Numbered from the stretch's first letter, positions 50,460-60,134 are shown. The stretch: 64,000 nucleotides of DNA from Bdellovibrionota bacterium FG-1 (GCA_051382295.1 JBBCAW010000008.1:140148-204147), one strand, 5' to 3'. Numbers and translations: made by a program. The notes: generated by a model from the sequence alone, not told the origin.

Positions 50460-51635
50460 ATGAAGGTTTGGCGTGGCGGGTGGTTTTTGGGAGGTTTACT
50501 AATTATGCAGGGGGCTCAAGCCTCTCAGAAACCACACCAGAACGTGGTGATGATAGACCTCTATCAGGCACTCGCGGAGCTTGTGACTGACCTGAGTAGC
50601 GATCAGCGTTTTTTGAACCCAGCTCATCAAGCAAGAATTGAAAAAAACACGAAGAAAATCGTACTTTTTGCGCATAATCTAAAAAACTCGGAGTCAGGTG
50701 CGGCAGATCAGGATCCTACCATCCAAATCGTGGGTGAGCTTTTTGCTGACGAAGCCAAGCGCGCCTATCAATCCTTAAAATGGGGACATAAAATCTACGC
50801 GCGCGAACTCCTGCGGGGCATGACCCATTATTGCATCGCCTGTCACACGCGGACAGATCGGGGTGCCCGGTTTTCGGAACTCTCGATCAAACCGACCATC
50901 AACAACCTGCGACCAGCGGAGCTGGGAGAGTTTTATGCCGCAACCCGGCAATTCGACCGCGCCCTGACGGAACTTCAAAAAGTAATCGAATCTGGCGAAA
51001 CTCATAACATCCGCCCCAACGAGTGGAACAACGCAGTTCGACAGGCGCTAGCGATCGCCGTACGAGTCAAGCGTAGTCCTGAATTAGCGCTCAAGTTGGT
51101 TGAACAGGCCCTACAAGTCAAATCCAGCCCTTTCTTCTTTAAACAAGACGCTCAGGCTTGGCGTCTTTCCATCCAAGAATGGACCCAAGAACCCAAGCGA
51201 CAGCCCCTAGACGAAGAAGGCTTGCATACCGAAGCCATTCGCCTTTTAACAAAAGCACACGAAACCCAAAAATATCCAGCCGATCGTACAGCAGATATTT
51301 TTTACTTGCGCGCGTCCTCAGTGGTTCATGATCTTCTTCAAAAAGGCCCTCAGAGTAAATACGCCGCCGAGGCCTATTTGATGGCCGGCATCTGTTATGA
51401 TGTCTTGCGTCCCTTTGGCTTGGGTGAGCTGCACGAAATTTACTTCGAAGCCTGTATTCGGCGAGCATCCCATTCACCCTTGGCTGAAACTTGTTACCAT
51501 CACTTACAAGAAAGTGTTTTTGAGGGCTTCACGGGAAGCGCTGGTACCGACATTCCAGAAGATGTTCGTCAAAAGCTCAAACTCCTGGAAGCACTTGCGA
51601 CCCCGCTTCCGATTACCAACACCGAAAAACCCTAA
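50460..51635 (+). CDS. exported monoheme c-type cytochrome with helical/TPR-like repeats
   Basis: Signal peptide ending AQA; a single CIACH. Confidence 0.65.
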   Translation: MKVWRGGWFLGGLLIMQGAQASQKPHQNVVMIDLYQALAELVTDLSSDQRFLNPAHQARIEKNTKKIVLFAHNLKNSESGAADQDPTIQIVGELFADEAKRAYQSLKWGHKIYARELLRGMTHYCIACHTRTDRGARFSELSIKPTINNLRPAELGEFYAATRQFDRALTELQKVIESGETHNIRPNEWNNAVRQALAIAVRVKRSPELALKLVEQALQVKSSPFFFKQDAQAWRLSIQEWTQEPKRQPLDEEGLHTEAIRLLTKAHETQKYPADRTADIFYLRASSVVHDLLQKGPQSKYAAEAYLMAGICYDVLRPFGLGELHEIYFEACIRRASHSPLAETCYHHLQESVFEGFTGSAGTDIPEDVRQKLKLLEALATPLPITNTEKP

Positions 51636-51639
51636 AGGC

Positions 51640-52767
51640 TTAGACAATGATATCCATCTCAGGTCGCCAATACCCATTCCACTGTTTCATTCTCACCTTC
51701 GGTCGAGGCGAGGGCAGCACCACGCCCCCTTCTGGAGGAGCGGCCGAATGGGGGTACTCAACAAAAGCGTAGGTCAATCGGGTTTTTTGCCCGTAATCTC
51801 CCAATTCTAAATTGGTACACTCGTTCCAGCTTCCCTCATTAAAGTACTCTTTACCCTCTCGGTATTGGCGATAACGTAAAATGTGAGTATGACCAAAGAC
51901 GACGGTATTCACGGACTCATTTTCTTCGAGGATCTTGATCGCGATCTTGTCATAGCTGGGATAAAATGAAATTTCCTTAAGTAGCCCCAAGGTTGTCCGA
52001 ACCGCCTGACGGATTTGATAGCGTCGCCGCAACAAGATGGTATCGATAATAAATTTCAAAGTTCTAAGAGTGGCCTGAAGACCCCAGATCATGTCATGAA
52101 TGACCATCCACCGCATAAACGCATTAAAGGGGCGGACCTTGTCCAAATGCGGTCGGTCCTGTTTAAGGCGCGGCATCACCACGGCCACATAGAGAGAACC
52201 CCAGGGCAAGTTCAGAACCGGCTCGGGCAACCCGCGCGTAATAAAGGGCCGTCGCATATCGATTGCCGCAAAACGCTCATATTGCTGCCCGTGCTCCACA
52301 TGAACCCCGTCAAAAGCATAAGCCACCTCATGAAACACGACTTCGGCACCGCACGCCTCCGAAAACGCACGGCGTGCCCCCATGAACAACATGCCCGCAT
52401 CGTGATTTCCGATGACATACGAAATCGAATGACCGGGGGCCGCCGCAAAGCGCCGAAGAGCCAAAAAAAACTCCGAATGTCCCGCTACAATTTTTTCCAC
52501 CCCTCGAACCACACTTCGCTCGGTGATCAAATGGGTGTGCACACCAAAAGTATCGATCTGCAGGAGGTTGAGAATGTCCCCATTCAAAATCAACTCCACC
52601 TCAGCGCTTGCGTAATCGCCTAAGCGATGAAAACTGAGAAATTCGGAAAACTCGCGGTCATAGATAAAGTCTTCAAGAATATTTTGCGTCCCATCTCGAA
52701 AATACCGGCCCTTTCCGAGGTGAAAATCGCTCACGATCAACTTGTATCGTAATTGACCTTCAGACAC
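51640..52767 (-). CDS. calcineurin-like metallophosphoesterase
   Basis: VSDFHLG, LNGDIL, IGNHD, EHG, FGHTH. Confidence 0.9.
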   Translation of the reverse strand: MSEGQLRYKLIVSDFHLGKGRYFRDGTQNILEDFIYDREFSEFLSFHRLGDYASAEVELILNGDILNLLQIDTFGVHTHLITERSVVRGVEKIVAGHSEFFLALRRFAAAPGHSISYVIGNHDAGMLFMGARRAFSEACGAEVVFHEVAYAFDGVHVEHGQQYERFAAIDMRRPFITRGLPEPVLNLPWGSLYVAVVMPRLKQDRPHLDKVRPFNAFMRWMVIHDMIWGLQATLRTLKFIIDTILLRRRYQIRQAVRTTLGLLKEISFYPSYDKIAIKILEENESVNTVVFGHTHILRYRQYREGKEYFNEGSWNECTNLELGDYGQKTRLTYAFVEYPHSAAPPEGGVVLPSPRPKVRMKQWNGYWRPEMDIIV

Positions 52768-52769
52768 GC

Positions 52770-54164
52770 TCAGCCGTCCTTCTTGACTCGCGCAACAGTC
52801 ACACTATTGCGGGTGGATTTTTTAACGTCGTACATCGCGCGATCAGCGGCTTCAATCAATTCCTTTTTGGACGACGCATGCTCTGGAAATAATGCGACTC
52901 CGATCGAAACGGTAAAATGGAGATTAAGGTCCTCATCCGCAATAAAAGCATGGCCCTCAACGTTGGCCCTGATCCGCTCGGCCACGGCTCTAGCGGTACT
53001 GAGATCGCAGTTGGATAAAACGGCGACAAACTCGTCACCGCCATAGCGAAAGACGGTGTCTTTTTCACGAACCAAACGCTTGAGCTGTTCGCCTAACTCG
53101 TTCAAAAGTTTCGTACCAACCAAGTGACCATGGTTATCATTCACATTTTTAAATTTGTCCGCGTCGATAAAAAGAACCGCGAACGGTTTTCCGGTCGTTT
53201 CGTTCTGAGTAATCTCGCGATCCAAAATAAAATGCAGATAGCGGGTATTATAAAGCCCCGTGGCATCGTCCAAGTAGACCAACTGCTGAACACCCTGATA
53301 TTCTTCGATGTTTCGGCCCGTCACCTCAATTTGGGCCCGCAGCAAACGGAGACGTCCCTCGAATGCCTCCATCGGCAAGGGCCGCACCGGAGATAAGCAC
53401 ACGCAAAAATAGTCGCCCGGGCCCGCACACTTAAACCGAAAAACAAACATTCCGGGGGTAAGCGGACCTCTTTCGACAAATCGATAATAGTCGCCGCTCT
53501 CAGCCATGCGGGGTAGAGGACTAGAGGCATGAAGCGCGATTTCGAGAACTTCTTCCATCGCTCGATCGCGAATACCGTCACGCGAATAAAAGTCAATCCG
53601 TTCTGACTGGCCGCGGTCCTTCAGTATGTAAATAGCCGCATGCCCGCACTTAAGTTCACGGGCTAGGTAACTTTGAACATTGGCCAAAATACGAGGTTGT
53701 TCCAAAGAGGCCGAAATCATTTGGCAGCTATTGAGCAGATTCAGAAACTGCGAGACTCCCGCATCGCTTCCAAAAACCGTTTTTCGATCTAGACCCCGTT
53801 TTACGCCGAGCTGAAAGGCCTCAATGCCAAAAGGTTTTTTGAGATAATCATCGGCCCCCATTCGAATGGTGGCCACGGCTTGTTCAATCGTCGCGTTCTC
53901 TGAAATCAGAATCACGCTCGTGACCGGACTCATTTGCTTGACCTGCTCCAATAAATCCAACGCACTTGCCCCACTCAGTGACGAAACGTCCGCAACCACG
54001 AGCTGATAATTAGCCCGGGCGACCCACTCTGAAACAGCATCAAGCCGACTCAAGACATCGAGCCGACACTCAGCAACCTCTCGAATCAGGTCGCTATAAA
54101 GCTCAGTCTGATTGGGATCCTCCTCAACAAGAAGGATGTGATAAGTTTCCGAGGGATTGGGCAT
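52770..54164 (-). CDS. REC-GGDEF dinucleotide cyclase of Hypr type (predicted 3',3'-cGAMP synthase)
   Basis: N-terminal receiver; TGLYNTRY; NDNHGHLVGT (Thr for Asp, codon at 53112-53114); REKD I-site; RYGGDEF. Confidence 0.85.
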   Translation of the reverse strand: MPNPSETYHILLVEEDPNQTELYSDLIREVAECRLDVLSRLDAVSEWVARANYQLVVADVSSLSGASALDLLEQVKQMSPVTSVILISENATIEQAVATIRMGADDYLKKPFGIEAFQLGVKRGLDRKTVFGSDAGVSQFLNLLNSCQMISASLEQPRILANVQSYLARELKCGHAAIYILKDRGQSERIDFYSRDGIRDRAMEEVLEIALHASSPLPRMAESGDYYRFVERGPLTPGMFVFRFKCAGPGDYFCVCLSPVRPLPMEAFEGRLRLLRAQIEVTGRNIEEYQGVQQLVYLDDATGLYNTRYLHFILDREITQNETTGKPFAVLFIDADKFKNVNDNHGHLVGTKLLNELGEQLKRLVREKDTVFRYGGDEFVAVLSNCDLSTARAVAERIRANVEGHAFIADEDLNLHFTVSIGVALFPEHASSKKELIEAADRAMYDVKKSTRNSVTVARVKKDG

Positions 54165-54228
54165 CTGAAAGTCATTTTAACACACGACTCGCCAAAGACG
54201 CGGACGGCAAAATTTGCCGGGATCCGCC

Positions 54229-55767
54229 TTAGGCCGCGTCCTTCCCGCTTGCTTCATCCTCAGCAAGCGCAGCCGCCAACTGGGCCGCCTCCGCCGGGTT
54301 ATCCAAAAGTCCGCCGGCCACTCGTACGACCTGAGCGGCTTTGGAAAGGCGTTCGCGCAGTTTTTGAGAGTTTTCTTTTTCTCGCGCGTGTTGATCCTGC
54401 AATAAATCCATATTGAACTCGAGTAAATCGAGCTTGCGCTTCAATTCGATAATCTTGTTTTCACGGGCGGAGAGCAGCGCCTCAGCATCCTTTTTGGCGA
54501 TTTCGAGTCGGTTTTCCAGATCCTTCTCGCGGACACGAATTTTTCGAATATCCGAGCGAACACGTTCCTTCAAGTGTTCCATTTCGTCGGTAGCCTCACG
54601 TACCTGGGAATCCATGATTCGTGCCTTATCCGTTTTGGCCTTCAACTGAAAGCGAAGCTCTGCGAGTTCGCCCTGCAAACCATCGAGCGCGTGGTTTTTT
54701 TCGGATTCAAACTGCTCTAACTTTTGTTTTTGCCCCTGCGAAATATGAGTGAGTTCGATGTTTTTGGCCCGCTCCTCTCGAAAAGCCTGTTCGATCGACC
54801 TCATTTGGTCTTGGGTGGCCTGGAGCTGATTGGATAACACCCCGACGTCTTGCTCTCGGAGCAATAAATATTTTTTGAGCGTTTCAATATCAGGAGAATG
54901 AGCCGCTCCCCCCGGCACCACTGCATCTCCCAGCGGTTGGGCAAAAACAGCCGCGGCATGGGGATGCCCCTGACTAGATTCGTATAAATAGGGCATTTGT
55001 TCAGCCGCATCAGCATCATTGCCCTGCTGGCCCAAGTCACCGAGTGGGGGTTGTGGGGGTTCAGGTTCAGACGGCAATTCAATATCTCCAAATTCGAGCA
55101 TCGGAAGACTAGGCAGCTCGACCTGCGAAGGCTCTAAAACCAGCGATGGGGCATCCAGAGAGAGAGGTTCAGGCGCTGAAGACTCGGGTGCTAAAGACTC
55201 GGCTGTAGGAAGATCAAACTCCGGGGCTTCCAGTCGAATACTGGTGTCTGTTTCTGGCTGAACCGCCTGACCGCCAAGAACACTGGAAACCTCTTCAAGC
55301 ACGAGCTCGTGGGTGTGCCCAACGGCAGTCGGAATACTTGGACTAGAAAATTCAACCTGGGGAGGCGCTTCGGTGCCAAAAACCGCGCGAATCGTTTGAT
55401 TCAACATATTAGCGTCAAAAGGCCACTTTAAATAAGCATTGGCTCCCTGAGCAGTAGCTTGATGGCGGACAAACTCAGCATCACCCCAAACTTGGGAAGT
55501 GATAATGAAGGGCAAATCCGATTGAAGCGGATCCGCTTTAAGCTGGGTCACAAACTTCAAGCCGTTTTCGTTATCCTTGTTGATCGAATCCTCGCGATGA
55601 ACCACGGCCAAGTCAATGCTGTTGCCATGCAAAGAAAGCATGAGGCCAGCTTCTTCCGCATTGGCAGGCAAAATCACCGCATAGCCATGAGCCTGTAGGA
55701 TCTGCACCAAACTATTTTTGGCATCGACATGCGGGTTTAATAGAAGGACCTTCATCACGCTACTCAT
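54229..55767 (-). CDS. pseudo-receiver + acidic/Pro linker + long coiled coil (AglZ/FrzS-like architecture)
   Basis: Receiver-like N-terminus without the phosphoacceptor Asp (DLAVVH; GANAYLKWPF); heptad-rich C-terminal about 200 aa. Confidence 0.7.
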   Translation of the reverse strand: MSSVMKVLLLNPHVDAKNSLVQILQAHGYAVILPANAEEAGLMLSLHGNSIDLAVVHREDSINKDNENGLKFVTQLKADPLQSDLPFIITSQVWGDAEFVRHQATAQGANAYLKWPFDANMLNQTIRAVFGTEAPPQVEFSSPSIPTAVGHTHELVLEEVSSVLGGQAVQPETDTSIRLEAPEFDLPTAESLAPESSAPEPLSLDAPSLVLEPSQVELPSLPMLEFGDIELPSEPEPPQPPLGDLGQQGNDADAAEQMPYLYESSQGHPHAAAVFAQPLGDAVVPGGAAHSPDIETLKKYLLLREQDVGVLSNQLQATQDQMRSIEQAFREERAKNIELTHISQGQKQKLEQFESEKNHALDGLQGELAELRFQLKAKTDKARIMDSQVREATDEMEHLKERVRSDIRKIRVREKDLENRLEIAKKDAEALLSARENKIIELKRKLDLLEFNMDLLQDQHAREKENSQKLRERLSKAAQVVRVAGGLLDNPAEAAQLAAALAEDEASGKDAA

Positions 55768-55821
55768 CGGCCGGTTCCGGATTTAAGTTGACATATATCT
55801 GCGTCAAAACTTTGACCTCAC

Positions 55822-56706
55822 TCACGTATGAATCGAATCAGTGACATAAGTCGGACTAAAGCCCGTTCCGCGAATATCCGCCTCCAAATTTTCAGCCCGT
55901 GTATTGCCCGAAAGCACAAGCAAGCTATCAATGGCGGCACCCTGAGCGCCCTTGACATCGGTCATGAGATTATCCCCCACCATGAGAATCTCTGAGAGCC
56001 TGAGATCAGGGATTTCAGACCGAGCTTTCGCCAAAGCAAAATCAAAGAAATCGCGCTCGGGTTTTCCAAAATAACGAAAAGAACGCCCGATGATAAACTC
56101 AATAAGTTGAGCTAAAGCCGCCGGACCGACCGCTACTTCGTCCGCCCCGCCAAAAAAAACGAGATCAGGATTTGGGCAGAAAAGCAGAATTTCTGGTCGT
56201 CTTCGCAAAAAATTGACCGCGCGATTGATCGGTTCATTCCATTCAAAAATCGAATCCATCACCGCAAATGCCACTATGGCCTCAGCGGGCACGGCCTCCA
56301 TCTTATCCACCCGGATGGGAATAAACCCCGCCTCGCGCAGATAGTACTCACATTTCTCCTGTCCCACGTAAATAATCACGCCAGTCCCTCGGCCCGATGG
56401 CAGCAAAGATCCAGATTGAAGCGTGGCTGTCAAAAGCATCCCCGAGGAAACAACCTGACTCACCCGCATCAATGAGCCCGCAGTGGGATGTTGATATTTA
56501 GCCGCCAGCTCAGTAGGAGAGGCCGATGCGCTGTTAGTCAGCAACCAAAAAGGTTTTTTTTCATCGCACATCCGCAAAAGCACATCTTCAGTGCCAGGGA
56601 TAAACCCATGAGGACTTCTGAGGACGCCAAACGCGTCGAAAAAAATCGCACGATAACGCTCGGTGATTTTTTTGAAAGAAACGATGGGTGGAAGGGGATT
56701 CATCAT
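55822..56706 (-). CDS. HAD-IIA (NagD-like) phosphatase
   Basis: FFDAFGV, LLTNS, NPD, FGKP, MVGDNLMTD, VLSG. Confidence 0.88.
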   Translation of the reverse strand: MMNPLPPIVSFKKITERYRAIFFDAFGVLRSPHGFIPGTEDVLLRMCDEKKPFWLLTNSASASPTELAAKYQHPTAGSLMRVSQVVSSGMLLTATLQSGSLLPSGRGTGVIIYVGQEKCEYYLREAGFIPIRVDKMEAVPAEAIVAFAVMDSIFEWNEPINRAVNFLRRRPEILLFCPNPDLVFFGGADEVAVGPAALAQLIEFIIGRSFRYFGKPERDFFDFALAKARSEIPDLRLSEILMVGDNLMTDVKGAQGAAIDSLLVLSGNTRAENLEADIRGTGFSPTYVTDSIHT

Positions 56707-56798
56707 TGAGGATTCTCGTCGCGGTCGCTCAAAACAGCAAGCCCAATGGGGGGATCGATCGTTGCTATTCTAGGCTTTTCGGGTTTATCCTCATAAAC

Positions 56799-58019
56799 AT
56801 GTTCAACGACGAATTCATCAAAGAAATCCCCAAGACCGACCTGCATGTTCACCTGGACGGATCGCTCCGCCTTTCGACGCTCATCGAACTCGCTAAAAAA
56901 GATGGCATCAAGCTCCCCTCTTACACCGAGGAGGGCTTGAAGGAGCTCGTCTTCAAAGACGTCTATAAAGACTTGGGCGAGTACCTTCACGGGTTCATGT
57001 ATACTTGCGCGGTCCTGCGAAACCTCGAAAACCTGGAACGCTGCGCATATGAGCTTGCGATAGACAACCAGCAAGAGGGGGTGCGTTACATTGAGCCGAG
57101 ATTCTCACCGCAGCTCCTCATGGACGGCAAAAGCCTCACGATGGAAACCGTCCTGACTGCGGTCAACAAAGGTCTTGCGCGGGCGGAACGCGAATTCAAC
57201 TCCCGTCCCGAGATTACGAGCGGTGAAGAGCCCCACTTCAAGTACGGAATCATCGCCTGCGCGATGCGTATGTTTGGGCGCTCCAATTTTTCGCCTTACT
57301 ACACGAACCTCTATTCAGTGCACCAATACTCCGATCCGATGGAGGTGATCCGCCTAGGCGCGCTCGAGCTGGCCAAGGGTGTCGTCAAGACCCGCAACGA
57401 CCTGGGCATTCCTGTTGTCGCGTTCGATCTCGCGGGACAAGAGGCAGGCTATCCCGCCGAGGACTTCCAGCAAGCTTACAACTACGTCCACAAAAACTTC
57501 ATGCACAAGACGGTGCATGCCGGCGAGGCTTATGGCGCCGAAAGTATTTTTCAAGCGATGACAGATCTCAATGCCGACCGACTCGGGCATTGCTACTACC
57601 TCTTCGATGTCACCAAGATCACCGATCCTCAGATCAAAGACAAAAAAGCCTATGTCGAGGCTCTTTCGTCCATCATCGCGGAAAAACGCATTACGGTCGA
57701 AGTGTGTCTGACGAGCAATCTTCAAACCAATCCCGAGCTTAAGACCGTCAAGGACCATTCCTTACAACACATGATTGCCAAGCGTATGTCCGTCTCTCTT
57801 TGTACTGACAATCGTCTCATCTCAAACACCTCAGTTTCAAAAGAAATCCGGCTCGCGCTCGATCATTTTTCGATTACGCCAAAGATCCTCAAGGACATTG
57901 TCGCGTACAGTTTTAAGCGCAGCTTCTATCCTGGCTCCTACGTCGAAAAGCGCGCCTACTCCAAAAAAGTGATGACTTACTACGAAACGATCGCACGCAA
58001 GCACGGTGTAAAGCCCTGA
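56799..58019 (+). CDS. adenosine-deaminase-family amidohydrolase (paralog 2)
   Basis: PKTDLHVHLDGSLR, TVHAGEAYG, RLGH, VCLTSN, LCTDN. Confidence 0.88.
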   Translation: MFNDEFIKEIPKTDLHVHLDGSLRLSTLIELAKKDGIKLPSYTEEGLKELVFKDVYKDLGEYLHGFMYTCAVLRNLENLERCAYELAIDNQQEGVRYIEPRFSPQLLMDGKSLTMETVLTAVNKGLARAEREFNSRPEITSGEEPHFKYGIIACAMRMFGRSNFSPYYTNLYSVHQYSDPMEVIRLGALELAKGVVKTRNDLGIPVVAFDLAGQEAGYPAEDFQQAYNYVHKNFMHKTVHAGEAYGAESIFQAMTDLNADRLGHCYYLFDVTKITDPQIKDKKAYVEALSSIIAEKRITVEVCLTSNLQTNPELKTVKDHSLQHMIAKRMSVSLCTDNRLISNTSVSKEIRLALDHFSITPKILKDIVAYSFKRSFYPGSYVEKRAYSKKVMTYYETIARKHGVKP

Positions 58020-58076
58020 CACTCTAGGATTCACCCACACGCGCCCTGATCATGAACCAAGACCCCGCGTAGGATT

Positions 58077-58724
58077 TCATAATAGATCGTTTTCGATCTG
58101 CTGCTGATCCGTCACACAATTAGCCCCATTACAATCCGCCGAAGAAAGAAAGCGAGTCACGCTCTCTGAAAAAAACTTCTGATCCCGCAACTCGTTCACC
58201 TTTTCGCGCTGGAGAAGAGGAAGTTCTGCTGCATAAACGGGTTTATCGTTGAGTAAAAAAATCACCGTGGCAGGAAGACTGACAGTGCGACTAGCGGCAC
58301 CGGCTGCCGTTATGGTTCTGATCGCCGATTGCGACGTAATCCCAAAAAAGCTCACGGCCTCACCCGAAAAAAACACCTCGTAAACCGCTCCCACGCCGGC
58401 AACAGTACCCGCCACTAGAGCGATCCCCATGCAGGTTTTAGCTTCGGTCGCCGCATCGTTCATCGAATCTAAGGCGTCTTGCAACGTTTTAAGCGAGGCA
58501 TTTGCAGCCACTAAATCGGTGTCAAGTTTGCGGATCACCTGTTCTACATGACGAATGCGGGCGGCGCGATCACCAGAATCCAGGCGACATTCGAGGTCTG
58601 CAACCGGTGCCGCTGAAATACCTGCTTCATCTGCTTGTGCGGAGGGCACAGGACTTAGCCCAATCAAACTCAGAGGACCTAAAACGAAGAAAGAAAAAAT
58701 AGTGCACTTCAAAAGACTCGTCAT
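58077..58724 (-). CDS. hypothetical secreted protein (coiled coil plus Gly/Ala-rich hydrophobic segment), possibly 3'-truncated
   Basis: Signal-like leader ending AQA; amphipathic helix followed by IALVAGTVAGVGAV. Confidence 0.5.
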   Translation of the reverse strand: MTSLLKCTIFSFFVLGPLSLIGLSPVPSAQADEAGISAAPVADLECRLDSGDRAARIRHVEQVIRKLDTDLVAANASLKTLQDALDSMNDAATEAKTCMGIALVAGTVAGVGAVYEVFFSGEAVSFFGITSQSAIRTITAAGAASRTVSLPATVIFLLNDKPVYAAELPLLQREKVNELRDQKFFSESVTRFLSSADCNGANCVTDQQQIENDLL

Positions 58725-58901
58725 AGGGAGCGCAGAGTGCAAGAGACGAACCGGGAAAAATCCAACTAGGACTTTGAAATCACTGGGGCGGAACTGCACC
58801 TACTCACGGAGAGGTGTCTAAGAATTAGACAGGAGTCATCATTCGATTAGATCATTTCTTATAGCCTTATCACCGTGTTTTATGAGAACGATGGGTCGGT
58901 C

Positions 58902-59570
58902 ATGAAAAAGCTCATTCGCGGCATTGTCGACTTCCGCAAAAACGTACGCCCTTCCTGTAAGGACACTTTCGCCCAGCTCGCGTTGGGACAACGCCCAGAC
59001 ACTTTGTTCATCGCCTGCTCCGATAGTCGCGTCGTGCCCAACCTCTTCGCCTCCTCCGATCCCGGCGATCTTTTTGTCATTCGAAACGTGGGTAACCTCA
59101 TTCCACCCTGTGGAGAACAAGGGCACTCAGGGAGCGACGAATCGGAAGCTGCGGCAATTGAATTTGCGCTACTCACCCTCCCCGTCACCGAAATTATAGT
59201 CTGTGGTCATTCCGAGTGTGGTGCCATGGAGTCATTGGTGCGCGGACGCGCCCAGATCGAGGCTCCGAATCTCAAGAGCTGGCTTCGCCATGGAGATCGG
59301 TGTCTTCAGAAGCTAAACTCTGGAAACCCTCTAGGTGCGCATCTGGAGCGTCACAACCAACTCTCTCAACTTAACGTTCTTGAGCAAACGGAACACCTCA
59401 AGACTTATCCAGTCGTCCGCAAACGCCTCGAAGAAGGTACGCTTCGCCTGCACGGTTGGTGGTTCGACATCAGGGAAGCCGATGTTTATGAGTATGAGCC
59501 GGACGAAGGGCATTTTCATCTCATTGATGAAGGCTACGCCCGCATGCTCCTTGAGCGCCCAAGTCAATGA
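58902..59570 (+). CDS. beta-class carbonic anhydrase
   Basis: IACSDSRV, FVIRNVGN, VCGHSECGAM. Confidence 0.95.
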   Translation: MKKLIRGIVDFRKNVRPSCKDTFAQLALGQRPDTLFIACSDSRVVPNLFASSDPGDLFVIRNVGNLIPPCGEQGHSGSDESEAAAIEFALLTLPVTEIIVCGHSECGAMESLVRGRAQIEAPNLKSWLRHGDRCLQKLNSGNPLGAHLERHNQLSQLNVLEQTEHLKTYPVVRKRLEEGTLRLHGWWFDIREADVYEYEPDEGHFHLIDEGYARMLLERPSQ

Positions 59571-59576
59571 CCCTTT

Positions 59577-60002
59577 TTATGACCCCTGAAAACAGCTGAG
59601 AACAGCATGAATCCACCGTTTACCTTCGGCGAGCTCTGCTCCCGGAATAAATCGTGAATCACCAGAACGAGTGGGTGCTGCAGCATCACGCGCATTCAAA
59701 TTCAGCATACCTCCATGCGTAATCAATGGGCGACCTTGCTCCTGGTCAAACATCAGCGTGATTCCATCACCCCAAATAAAGTAAACGTTTGGGTTCGTTC
59801 CCGTGCCGAGAACTTTACTCTCCCATTTAAAGGAGAATCCCCCATCACCCGAGTGAGCGAACTGAATCAAACCCGACTTCACCGTTACCGCGTAGTTTGA
59901 CTCAGGCAGGTCAGAAGCGCGCCCCATACAGTAAAAATCAAGACCTTCAGCCTGAGCAGTACCTGCCATAATCAATGCAGCGGTGATCAAAAACTTTTTC
60001 AT
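59577..60002 (-). CDS. hypothetical secreted protein
   Basis: MKKFLITAALIMAGTAQA signal after GAGGA; Cys near each end. Confidence 0.65.
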   Translation of the reverse strand: MKKFLITAALIMAGTAQAEGLDFYCMGRASDLPESNYAVTVKSGLIQFAHSGDGGFSFKWESKVLGTGTNPNVYFIWGDGITLMFDQEQGRPLITHGGMLNLNARDAAAPTRSGDSRFIPGAELAEGKRWIHAVLSCFQGS

Positions 60003-60106
60003 CGAATGATCCTCGTTTCAGGGTTGCTCGTATGAAGAATGACCTACTTTGTCAAGGTGCAAGTAGTGGTCGGCTTCGGGGCTAGTACCCGGTCCTTCCA
60101 GCTTAG

Positions 60107-60134
60107 ACCTTTGTTTTTCATGAAAAACAAAGGT
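60107..60134. promoter_or_regulatory. perfect 28-bp palindrome abutting a -10 box
   Basis: ACCTTTGTTTTTCA|TGAAAAACAAAGGT, with TACAAT at 60134-60139. Confidence 0.75.
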
